Of a stretch of DNA of 64,000 nt, positions 30,317 through 38,298 are shown in pieces. The notes under the pieces were generated by a model, which was not told the DNA's origin, ran no database searches, and was given only the letters and a program-made list of their open reading frames with translations. A program made the translations under genes and the position numbers. The DNA is from a virus (Duplodnaviria > Caudoviricetes). The stretch lies in IMG/VR virus record IMGVR_UViG_2636415849_000003, positions 1-64,000 of that record, one strand, 5' to 3'. Each line of letters begins with the position of its first letter. Position 1 is the first letter of the stretch.

Positions 30317-30781
30317 ATGGACTGGACAGCTATCGGAGGCATAACTGCTTCAATCTCCGCTGCTCGCGATATCGCCAAGGGATTGAGTGCATCCCGCGAT
30401 GCCTCCCTCATCAACGAAAAGACCTCGGCCCTGCTGGAGCAATTGCTCAAGGCCCAGGAGGGACTTCTCGCTCACAACACCGCTCTTTTGCAGCTCCAGG
30501 ACGAGCATTTCAAAGCCAGCGAGAAACTGCGAAAACTGGAAGAAGCCGCTCGCGAGCGTGGTCGTTACTCGCTCATCGAACTCACCCCCGGCAACTTCGC
30601 GTATCGAGTGAACATCACCCCAGAGCAAAGCAGGACCAGCGAGCCAGGAGCCGCGGAGCCGCTGCACCACCTGTGTCAGCCGTGCTTCGACAACGGGAGA
30701 AAGGTTGCACTGAACTATCGAAACCTCCACATCAGGGGCGAGGTCTGGACGTGCAGCGTCTGCCGCGCGGAGATCGACTGA
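30317..30781 (+). CDS. hypothetical coiled-coil / Zn-ribbon protein
   Basis: HLCQPCFD...WTCSVC; antisense insertion between cro and cII. Confidence 0.7.
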   Translation: MDWTAIGGITASISAARDIAKGLSASRDASLINEKTSALLEQLLKAQEGLLAHNTALLQLQDEHFKASEKLRKLEEAARERGRYSLIELTPGNFAYRVNITPEQSRTSEPGAAEPLHHLCQPCFDNGRKVALNYRNLHIRGEVWTCSVCRAEID

Positions 30782-30783
30782 CA

Positions 30784-31020
30784 TCACTCCACCTCCTTTG
30801 CAGAGGTGGATGGCTGGGCCAGCTCTTGGCTGCTTTGGGGTTGTGTGGTGGTGGCAGCCATAGCGCGGCGCTCGTCAGTGATCCACTGGTGGTCTCGCTC
30901 CACATGCGCAGAAATGCCGCGATCCTTCCAGTTCTGAACACGTTGAACAGAGAAGCCGAGGCGCTCCGCAAATTTGGATGCGCCGCCGAGCCAGGCAATG
31001 AGTTGAGCGTCTTGATGCAT
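30784..31020 (-). CDS. Cro-like repressor
   Basis: LGGASKFAERLGFSVQRVQNWKDRGI HTH; divergent from cI. Confidence 0.85.
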   Translation of the reverse strand: MHQDAQLIAWLGGASKFAERLGFSVQRVQNWKDRGISAHVERDHQWITDERRAMAATTTQPQSSQELAQPSTSAKEVE

Positions 31021-31083
31021 AAACAAATTACACATCACGTTTAAACAAAAGTCAAACAACGCGTTTAACAACGTTTTGTTTAG
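31021..31083. promoter_or_regulatory. OR operators and pR
   Basis: Imperfect palindromes TACACATCACGTTTA, CAAACAACGCGTTTA and ACAACGTTTTGTTTA; TTGACT-17-TGTAAT on the minus strand (31055-31027). Confidence 0.75.
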
Positions 31084-31102
31084 TAAACGGAAAATCAAGC
31101 CA

Positions 31103-31795
31103 ATGCACCCATCCCTCGAACGCCTCTACCAAGCCGCAATGCAAGTGCGCGGAATCAGTGGCCAATCTGCCGTTGCCCGCTTGCTCAATGAATCGCCCCA
31201 GACAGTGAAAAACTGGGAAACACGCGGCGTTTCACGGTCGGGCGCATTGACAGCCGAGGTCGCACTGGGTGTGCGTGCGGCTTGGCTACTGTCAGGCGAA
31301 GGGGAAATGATTTACGGCGGCGGTGCGCCCGTGCTGATTGAGGCCCACGCGCCTGCAAGCCCTGACGACTTGGTGCGAATCCCTTTGCTAGCCAATTGCG
31401 GCAGCATGGGCCCGGGCAATGATGTGCTGGACACCGATTACGTGGTGGGAGGCTTATCGCTGTCGGCTCACTGGATTAACCAGCAAATCAAGCCAACAAA
31501 CTTTCAAGAACTGAAGTTCATTCACGCCCATGGAGAAAGCATGTCACCCACTTTTAGCGATGGGGATGTACTACTCGTGGATGTTGGGTCCCGCGACCCA
31601 GCCAGCCATGAGGGCGTCTATGTGCTGGAAGTGCAGGGCAAGTCATACATCAAGCGCGTGCGTATGCGCATGGATGGCTCGCTTGAAGTCAGCTCAGACA
31701 ATGTGAACATCAAGACCGTTGACGTACTCAACGGCGACCATGAAGTGCAGGTCAAAGGCCGCGTTGTCTGGGCTTGGAATGGCCGCAAGCTGTAA
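31103..31795 (+). CDS. CI-like repressor (HTH plus S24 peptidase)
   Basis: HTH SPQTVKNWETRG, GESMSPT (catalytic Ser), YIKRV (catalytic Lys) and GRVVW. Confidence 0.92.
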   Translation: MHPSLERLYQAAMQVRGISGQSAVARLLNESPQTVKNWETRGVSRSGALTAEVALGVRAAWLLSGEGEMIYGGGAPVLIEAHAPASPDDLVRIPLLANCGSMGPGNDVLDTDYVVGGLSLSAHWINQQIKPTNFQELKFIHAHGESMSPTFSDGDVLLVDVGSRDPASHEGVYVLEVQGKSYIKRVRMRMDGSLEVSSDNVNIKTVDVLNGDHEVQVKGRVVWAWNGRKL

Positions 31796-31800
31796 GCGAA

Positions 31801-32559
31801 CTATGCGCTCTTTGGTAGTTTTGCGCAGCAAATAATAACCCGCCCCGTCGATGAGTAAACACGGGGCAGAAAGTCATCAAGGGACGCAAAACCCAGCGAC
31901 CGCAGCGCATCAAGGTTCATAACGCAAACGCCCCCTGAGCCGCCAATTGAAGAAGGCGCGCTGATGTGCACATCACCATTTCGTTCAGCAAGCCACACAT
32001 CCAGCACTGCGCCCGGATAGCAGCGATCCACGGTTTCCTCATCAACATCGGCAGCAATGATGAAGGCGTGACCATCACGAACAAAGCAGTCAACGCGTAA
32101 ACGCGGCGCGAGCATGGAATACCTCAGCCTGGGTGCGACCTTGTCTATATCGCTAGGCGGCTGCGAAAACCTCAGGCTCAGCGAGGCACTGAACTGAGGG
32201 CCTTCATCGAAAAGCATTCTTGTCACCCGTAGTGCAGCCGTTGTTACCGGTGGGTGGTAAATAGCATCGTTTTCGCACACGGCCCTCTTGTATCTGGCTG
32301 CTGACGCCTTGCACAGATACCCAATGTGATGCTCAACGCAGAGCACCTTCACAGCATTCCCGTCATGCGGATTTTCGGGTTCTGGCACAAGTGTTGCAGT
32401 CGCAAGGAAGAACTGCTCAAGTTCAGGCTCCCACGCAACGATTCTCTCCAGCGCTTGGGTGTGATAGCTGACACCCACAACTGACTCACCGTACCCCACC
32501 TGCTCAGGCCAATGCGGCACTCGAGCATTCGCCCTTCTTGATTTCTTCTTGATTTCCAT
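31801..32559 (-). CDS. HIRAN-domain protein
   Basis: VVGVSYH...LVPEPENPHDGNAVKV...HIGYL. Confidence 0.8.
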   Translation of the reverse strand: MEIKKKSRRANARVPHWPEQVGYGESVVGVSYHTQALERIVAWEPELEQFFLATATLVPEPENPHDGNAVKVLCVEHHIGYLCKASAARYKRAVCENDAIYHPPVTTAALRVTRMLFDEGPQFSASLSLRFSQPPSDIDKVAPRLRYSMLAPRLRVDCFVRDGHAFIIAADVDEETVDRCYPGAVLDVWLAERNGDVHISAPSSIGGSGGVCVMNLDALRSLGFASLDDFLPRVYSSTGRVIICCAKLPKSA

Positions 32560-32625
32560 GTCTCCCCTCCCGCACTGCCTGTGCTTGTTGTTTTTCTATT
32601 GTGCAGGCAACTCAATAGCAATTAT

Positions 32626-32682
32626 TTACACAACTTGTTTAAACAAACTGTTGACCAGAATATAAACGCAATGTTTAAATAC
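32626..32682 (+). promoter_or_regulatory. OL operators and pL
   Basis: TACACAACTTGTTTA, TAAACAAACTGTTGA and TAAACGCAATGTTTA (same family as the OR sites), around a TTGACC -35. Confidence 0.7.
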
Positions 32683-33325
32683 ATTCATCGCGAAACAACA
32701 AAGCAGCTCCCGATGGAGCGCAGCAGGAGTTGCAGACGCGATGGGTGCCAAGCGATCGAGCCGAGTGCCACGGGTCTTTAAAAAGCCAAGCACTCACCGT
32801 GAGCAATCGGGCACCAGCTCGCCAAAGAGCGAGATTCAAGGGGCAATTTGCTTGAGGGATCGCGTCACCAAGAGAAGCAAGACGCCAATCAAGCAGCCGC
32901 GCGCTGCGAAGGAGAACACATGCGAGATGAATAGGCCGGACGACCCGGCCCACCACTCAAAACACTCGCCACCCCTGGGCGATACCAGGGCCATCCGGCG
33001 TGACCACTCGAGCAGGTACGGCAGTTCAGGAATGGGCCTGGGCTGGCGGCAGTTAGGAACGCGGCGCTTGCGTCGTGGCGACAGTGGTCACACCAGATGG
33101 CTCTACCCCTTTGGTGTAAGACGAGCTCCTATTGATCGCCCGAAAAGCATCATGCAGAATTCGACGCCATCTACCTGTTACGCCGGGTCTGGGGTTAACT
33201 CCTCCCTCCCTTTCTGACCTCTTCCCCAGGCATGGCCCGAAAGGGTCACCGGCTCTTTATTCAAGCCCGCAGCAACCACTCGCGGGCTTTTTCTTTGCCC
33301 AAACCACCCTCCACAGGAGAAACCA

Positions 33326-34051
33326 ATGGAAATCAAGATCGCTTTGGATTTGCCCAGCATCATTGCCCAGGCTGTCAGTGCCGAACGCATCCAGCCCATC
33401 GTTGACAAAGCTGTCAGCGACGCGGTCAAAAGCGCCATTGACGATGCAACAGGCTACCGCAGCGCGTTCCGCACAGCGCTGAAAGATCAGCTTTCAACAG
33501 CAATGCCGCACGGACTGGCGCTGGATGATGTAGCCAAGTTCCAGAACATCCTGAATGGAGCCATCAACAAGCTGACTCAGGAGTGCAACGCCAGCGCTGT
33601 TCACACGGCAATCGAGAATGCTGTCAAAGAGGTGATGCCCGACGTGCCGGCTGTCATCAAAATGAGCGAGCTGCTCAAAGAGGCGCGCAGTGGACTGCAC
33701 AAGGAAGAACATGAAGCCTTCTACGCCTACTTTGAGCCAAACGAGTACAGCAGCGGCGGTGGCCTTCTGTTCTTGGACGAGGATGTGAACCCCGGCAGCA
33801 GCGGATATTCGGGCACCAGGCGAAGCCGCGAAGATCAAAAGTACAGCGCAAGCCTACGGCTGGCATTCAACGGTGAAGGCGAGGTGTACGCGCTACGCCT
33901 GGATGGCAAGGACGTCACACCGAAAAGCCGCCCAGACATCATTGGCCGCTTCGATTCAATTCTGATGGCCATGTACGTTGGCCGCACCCGCATCGAGGTG
34001 GACATGGATGACGACGACGTCGAAAACGCTGCCAGTGAGCAATGGGAATGA
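33326..34051 (+). CDS. hypothetical protein
   Basis: AGGAG RBS; 241 aa; first clear gene of the pL operon. Confidence 0.8.
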   Translation: MEIKIALDLPSIIAQAVSAERIQPIVDKAVSDAVKSAIDDATGYRSAFRTALKDQLSTAMPHGLALDDVAKFQNILNGAINKLTQECNASAVHTAIENAVKEVMPDVPAVIKMSELLKEARSGLHKEEHEAFYAYFEPNEYSSGGGLLFLDEDVNPGSSGYSGTRRSREDQKYSASLRLAFNGEGEVYALRLDGKDVTPKSRPDIIGRFDSILMAMYVGRTRIEVDMDDDDVENAASEQWE

Positions 34052-34179
34052 GGGCTACGGAATGGGCGCTCACCAGCCTCGGCCTGTTCTGCCTGGTCGG
34101 GGCGGTCGTAGTGATCGCACTCACGCCAGAAGCCTGGCCCCTCTGAGCATTCAGCTTTGATAGCTAAAAGGAGATCCTC

Positions 34180-34377
34180 ATGCTGAAGACGATTGTTGAC
34201 TCTCTGCTGGTCATCGTTGGCGCCCTACTTCTCGCAGCCTGGCTGTCCGCGCCCGATGCCCAAGCCGACGAACCCCAAAGCATCACACAGAGCCTGCGCG
34301 ACGAGTTCGCCTGTCCGGGCATGCATGCCGAGTGGCTGGACGACAAGACTGTGCAATGCCTGAAAGAGCTGCCGTGA
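34180..34377 (+). CDS. small hypothetical exported/membrane protein
   Basis: AAGGAG RBS, hydrophobic N-terminus, two Cys. Confidence 0.65.
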   Translation: MLKTIVDSLLVIVGALLLAAWLSAPDAQADEPQSITQSLRDEFACPGMHAEWLDDKTVQCLKELP

Positions 34378-34441
34378 CTGCAGCGCCCACCTCCACCCAA
34401 TCCGCCACCGCACCGGTGGCTTTCTCTTTTCTGGAGTCCTG

Positions 34442-35377
34442 ATGTTCAAGAACATGATCATTTACCGCTATGCCGAAAGCTGGCAAAGCGATCTGCAGGC
34501 GCTGGAAGATGCGCTGCAGAAGACAGTCTTCGAGGAATGCGGCGCCACGCAGGAGCGCTCCATGGGCTGGGTGCCGCCGCGCGGCGAGCCCCATGGCCCG
34601 ATGGTCGAATCCGTGGCAGGTCAATGGGTGATGCGTTTCATGACCGAGGCCAAGGTGCTGCCGGCCAGCGTGCTCAATCGCAGGGTCAACGAGAAGGCCG
34701 ATCACATCGAAAAGACCGATGGCCGCAAGCCCGGCAAGAAGGAAAAGCGTGACCTCAAGGACGAGGCCAAGCTGGATCTGCTGCCCATGGCCTTCACCAA
34801 GCAAGGCAGCATGTGGGTCTGGATCGACCCGCAGGCGCGCACCCTGGTGCTTGATACCAGTGCCCAGAGCCGCGCCGACGAGGTGGTAACGCTGCTGGTC
34901 GAGGGCCTAACCGGCTTTGCCCTGGCCCTGCTGGACACACAAACCAGCCCGCAGGCCGCCATGGCGCATTGGCTGATGACCCAGGAACCGCCCGCCGGAT
35001 TCAGCGCCGACCGCGAAACGGAGCTGAAAGCATGCGACGAGTCCAAGGCCGTGGTGCGCTACGCCCGCCACCCGCTGGACATTGATGAGGTACGCAAGCA
35101 CATCGAGCAAGGAAAGCTGCCCACCAAGCTGGCCATGACCTGGGACGACCGGGTGAGTTTCGTGCTGACCGAAGGCTTGCAGATCAAGAACATCGCGCTG
35201 CTGGATGCGGTCATGGACGGCAACAGCAAGGATGACAGCGGCTTTGATACCGATGTAGCCATTGCCACCGGCGAGCTGTCGCGCCTGATTCCGGATCTGA
35301 TCGAAGCGCTGGGCGGCGAAGGCCGAACCGCGCTGGGCGACCTGCCCGCCTCGCTGGCTACCAGCGCCAGCAACTGA
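34442..35377 (+). CDS. rdgC: recombination-associated protein RdgC
   Basis: MFKNMIIYR, SMGWVPP, KVLPASV, LLPMAF, KLAMTWDDRVSFVL and LIEALGGE. Confidence 0.93.
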   Translation: MFKNMIIYRYAESWQSDLQALEDALQKTVFEECGATQERSMGWVPPRGEPHGPMVESVAGQWVMRFMTEAKVLPASVLNRRVNEKADHIEKTDGRKPGKKEKRDLKDEAKLDLLPMAFTKQGSMWVWIDPQARTLVLDTSAQSRADEVVTLLVEGLTGFALALLDTQTSPQAAMAHWLMTQEPPAGFSADRETELKACDESKAVVRYARHPLDIDEVRKHIEQGKLPTKLAMTWDDRVSFVLTEGLQIKNIALLDAVMDGNSKDDSGFDTDVAIATGELSRLIPDLIEALGGEGRTALGDLPASLATSASN

Positions 35378-35476
35378 GCACCTATTCATAGATTTGCATG
35401 AATCGGGCCGCGCACCCACATCAATGAATCGTCTGCCCGCCACTGCGTGGGCTTTTTTCGTCCAAAGGAGAACCCC

Positions 35477-36064
35477 GTGCAGATTCACACACAGAACGTC
35501 ATCATCCTTCCACCGGCCGCAACTGCTGATGCCATGGCAAGCATGGAGCGACTCATGCAAAGCATTGGCCGCGCCGAAGCCCCTGCGGTCGCAGCTCAGC
35601 CAGGCTGCAAGCCCCAGATTGGCGACTACTGGCCCAACCAAGGCGGCTTCTACGCCGGCGACATGCGCAGCGATGACGGAACGATCTATGGACTGATCGT
35701 TGCCGATTGCGGCGACTCCAAAGACGCCGGCTCTGCCAAGTGGGGCCCGGATGGCGAACGAGACCTGTCCCACTGGGATGGCCTGGACAACACTCGCCGC
35801 CTGGGCAACGAATGCCCTGCCGCAAAGCTGGCGACCGCGCACTCAGCTGACGAGCACAAGGATTTCTACCTCCCAGCCCGCCGCGAACTGCAGCTGGCAG
35901 CCGCCAATGTGCCCCACCTCTTTGGTGATGAGAGCTGGTACTGGAGTAGCACTCACTACGGCCAGAGCACCGCCTGGGCCGTCGATTTTGAGTACGGAAA
36001 CACGGACATCTTCAACCGGAACGACGAGTTCCGAGTTCGTCCCGTCCGCAGATTCATCTACTGA
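35477..36064 (+). CDS. DGR target protein 1 (DUF1566/CLec-like)
   Basis: AAGGAG RBS and GTG 35477; DFYLPARRELQ, WYWSST, AWAVDF..G and RVRPVRRF; carries VR1. Confidence 0.9.
   Translation: MQIHTQNVIILPPAATADAMASMERLMQSIGRAEAPAVAAQPGCKPQIGDYWPNQGGFYAGDMRSDDGTIYGLIVADCGDSKDAGSAKWGPDGERDLSHWDGLDNTRRLGNECPAAKLATAHSADEHKDFYLPARRELQLAAANVPHLFGDESWYWSSTHYGQSTAWAVDFEYGNTDIFNRNDEFRVRPVRRFIY
35973..36051 (+). repeat. DGR variable repeat VR1
   Basis: 79 nt colinear with the TR; 6 mismatches, all at TR adenines. Confidence 0.95.
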
Positions 36065-36106
36065 TCCCTTCAACCCTTCCTTCTCAAACCAACCACGGAG
36101 CCATCA

Positions 36107-36508
36107 ATGAGCACCACACCCGCAATCAACCAGCCCTGGCCCGAGCAGGGCGGAATCTTCATCGGCAGCCGCCTCATCGACGGCCTGGTACACCACGTCG
36201 TCATCCCTGGAGGGATTGAGTTCGACCATGCCGACATTCCATTCAGCCGAGTGGAGCAGGTCGTGGCCGAAGGCGATGAGCTGAACGGCTTCAGCGACTG
36301 GCGCGCCCCGGATAAGGAAGATCTGATGCTGGCCTATATCAATAGCCGCGAGCTCTTCGATACCGGCGACTGGTACTGGTCACGAACTCCGGATGGCGAG
36401 CACTGGGCCTGGGCCGTCGATTGTGAGTGCGGGCACACGGACGACAACTGCCGGCGCAGCGAGTTCCGAGTTCGTCCCGTCCGCAGCTTTCCCGCTTCAG
36501 CGATTTAA
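36107..36508 (+). CDS. DGR target protein 2 (DUF1566/CLec-like)
   Basis: GGAG RBS; GFSDWRAP..EDL, WYWSRT, AWAVD...G and RVRPVRSF; carries VR2. Confidence 0.9.
   Translation: MSTTPAINQPWPEQGGIFIGSRLIDGLVHHVVIPGGIEFDHADIPFSRVEQVVAEGDELNGFSDWRAPDKEDLMLAYINSRELFDTGDWYWSRTPDGEHWAWAVDCECGHTDDNCRRSEFRVRPVRSFPASAI
36408..36486 (+). repeat. DGR variable repeat VR2
   Basis: 79 nt colinear with the TR; 12 mismatches, 11 at TR adenines and one T>G. Confidence 0.95.
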
Positions 36509-36514
36509 CACTTT

Positions 36515-36529
36515 GCGGGCGTAGCCCGC
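36515..36529. other. DGR target-recognition hairpin (putative)
   Basis: GCGGGC-GTA-GCCCGC, a perfect 6-bp GC stem with a GNA loop, 28 nt after VR2. Confidence 0.7.
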
Positions 36530-36536
36530 CTTTGGC

Positions 36537-36998
36537 ATGGCGCTCCACACTGACACCGAGATCTACAAATCCACATACGACTTGAGCAAGCTGGTCACCC
36601 AACTGGTGGCCAATATGCCTAGGAACTTCAAGGCTGACTTTGGCGCCGAGTTGCGGCGCCGGTGCATGACGCTGGTCATGCGCACCTACGAAGCCAACAC
36701 GAATGCGGACAAGGCCGCGATCCTGCAGCGCATGCGCATGGAGATTGAGACCGTCAATCTCTCGCTGCGCCTGGCTGTGGATCTGCGCCTGATTTCGGTC
36801 AATCAGTACAGCCGCGCCATCGCCATCACTGACAGCATCGGCAAGCAAGCCACCGGCTGGCAGAAGTACTCGGAACGCGCGCAAGCTGCCGGCTTGTCAA
36901 GGCAGACCGGCCACAGCGCCTTGGAATCTGGTCGAGCCGCTGGGCCACAAGCCCACCGAAAGGCGCATCAGGAATATCAGCAGAAGCATCTGCAGTGA
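36537..36998 (+). CDS. avd: Avd-like accessory variability determinant (four-helix bundle)
   Basis: IYKSTYDL, MPRNFK..G, LRLAVDLRLIS..QY and IGKQATGW; lies between the VRs and the TR. Confidence 0.88.
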   Translation: MALHTDTEIYKSTYDLSKLVTQLVANMPRNFKADFGAELRRRCMTLVMRTYEANTNADKAAILQRMRMEIETVNLSLRLAVDLRLISVNQYSRAIAITDSIGKQATGWQKYSERAQAAGLSRQTGHSALESGRAAGPQAHRKAHQEYQQKHLQ

Positions 36999-37054
36999 TT
37001 CCGCGCAGTTTGCCTGCTGAATGCTCGGCAGGCCGACGTGATCAGCTCGGCACA

Positions 37055-37133
37055 CCTGGGCCGTCGATTTTGAGAACGGAAACACGAACAACAACAACCG
37101 GAACAACGAGTTCCGAGTTCGTCCCGTCCGCAG
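37055..37133 (+). ncRNA. DGR template repeat (TR)
   Basis: Intergenic copy between avd and RT with 8 in-register AAC codons and 23 adenines. Confidence 0.93.
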
Positions 37134-37151
37134 ACTCCACCGAGACACACT

Positions 37152-38252
37152 ATGGATACTGGCTATTCGCTCGAGAAGCTGGTGCAGGCTTACTTTGACT
37201 GCCGCCGGCACAAACGCACTACGGCCAGCGCACTGCTTTTCGAGCAGGCTCTGGAGCACAACCTCATGCAACTGCATGGAGAGCTGCAGGATGGCAGCTA
37301 CCGGCCCGGTCCATCCATCTGCTTTGCGATCAGCCGACCACGGCCGCGCGAAGTATGGGCCGCCCAATTTAGAGACCGAATCGTGCACCATCTGCTCTAC
37401 AACCAGATTGCCGATCGGTTCCACCGCCGCTTTATCGCGGATTCGTGCGCAGGCATCCCGGGGCGCGGCACGCTGTATGCAGCCCAGCGCCTGGAGGCCA
37501 AGGTGCGCAGCCAAACCCAGAACTGGTCAGTGCCCGGGCATTACCTGAAGATCGATCTGGCCAATTTCTTTGTTTCCATCGACAAGCGGGTGGTCTGGCC
37601 CCTGTTGGTCCAGCAGATCCCGGAGCGCTGGTGGCGGGGCTTAGCCAAGGTCATTCTTTTCAACGACCCGCGCATTGACTTTGAGCAGCGCGGCAGCGTT
37701 GAGACGCTGGCAGCAGTACCCGCTCACAAGCGCCTTGCCAATGCGAAGCCCTACTGCGGGCTACCCATCGGCAACCTGAGCAGCCAGTTCTTTGCCAATG
37801 TACTGCTCAATGAGCTGGACCAGCATGCCAAGCACAGCATCAAGGCCAGGCACTACACCCGCTATGTCGATGACATGGTGCTGCTGCACGAGTCACCCCA
37901 GTGGCTCAATGGGGCTCTGGACAGCATCAATGCATTCCTTCCCAGCCTGGGTCTGCAGCTGAATCCACGCAAGACCGTGCTGCAGCCGATCAGCCGCGGC
38001 ATCGATTACGTGGGCCAGACGATCCACCACTGGCGGCGAACAACACGCCCACGAACGCTACAGCAAGCGCTCGCACGCATCGAGGTCATGCCAGCCGATG
38101 AGGTCTACGCCAGCGGCAACAGCTACCTCGGTCTGGTGCGCCAGTCCAGCGCCAGCCACAACGAACAGGCGCTCATCTGCAGAGCGCTACTTAGACGCGG
38201 GCATGCCATTGAGGGATTGCACCTCAGTAAGGCATTTCGCAAAAACCACTGA
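37152..38252 (+). CDS. DGR reverse transcriptase
   Basis: FRDRIVHH, YLKIDLANFFVSID, GLPIGNLSSQFFAN, RYVDD and GIDYVG; 366 aa with no maturase or endonuclease extension. Confidence 0.95.
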   Translation: MDTGYSLEKLVQAYFDCRRHKRTTASALLFEQALEHNLMQLHGELQDGSYRPGPSICFAISRPRPREVWAAQFRDRIVHHLLYNQIADRFHRRFIADSCAGIPGRGTLYAAQRLEAKVRSQTQNWSVPGHYLKIDLANFFVSIDKRVVWPLLVQQIPERWWRGLAKVILFNDPRIDFEQRGSVETLAAVPAHKRLANAKPYCGLPIGNLSSQFFANVLLNELDQHAKHSIKARHYTRYVDDMVLLHESPQWLNGALDSINAFLPSLGLQLNPRKTVLQPISRGIDYVGQTIHHWRRTTRPRTLQQALARIEVMPADEVYASGNSYLGLVRQSSASHNEQALICRALLRRGHAIEGLHLSKAFRKNH

Positions 38253-38298
38253 CCCCAGCCCGCAGCCGCGGGCTTTTCTCATTCTGGGAGCCACCTAT

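Larger units (their letters stand above)
35477..38252 (+). mobile_element. diversity-generating retroelement (two targets, avd, TR, RT)
   Basis: DGR-type RT, Avd-like gene, and a template repeat with two adenine-mutated copies at the 3' ends of two upstream genes. Confidence 0.95.

Noticed and set aside
35973-37133. Three repeats read as a CRISPR array
   Set aside because: The repeats are 79 nt, separated by whole genes and differ at adenines. I saw no cas genes or regular array anywhere in the window.
36995-37198. 67-aa ORF spanning the TR
   Set aside because: It is out of register with the AAC codons and Thr-rich only because of the AAC repeats; the region is better explained as template RNA.
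37152-38252. RT as a group II intron, retron or Abi RT
   Set aside because: The SQ-containing motif, adjacent avd and adenine-specific TR/VR pairs identify a DGR; there is no maturase domain or retron VTG motif.
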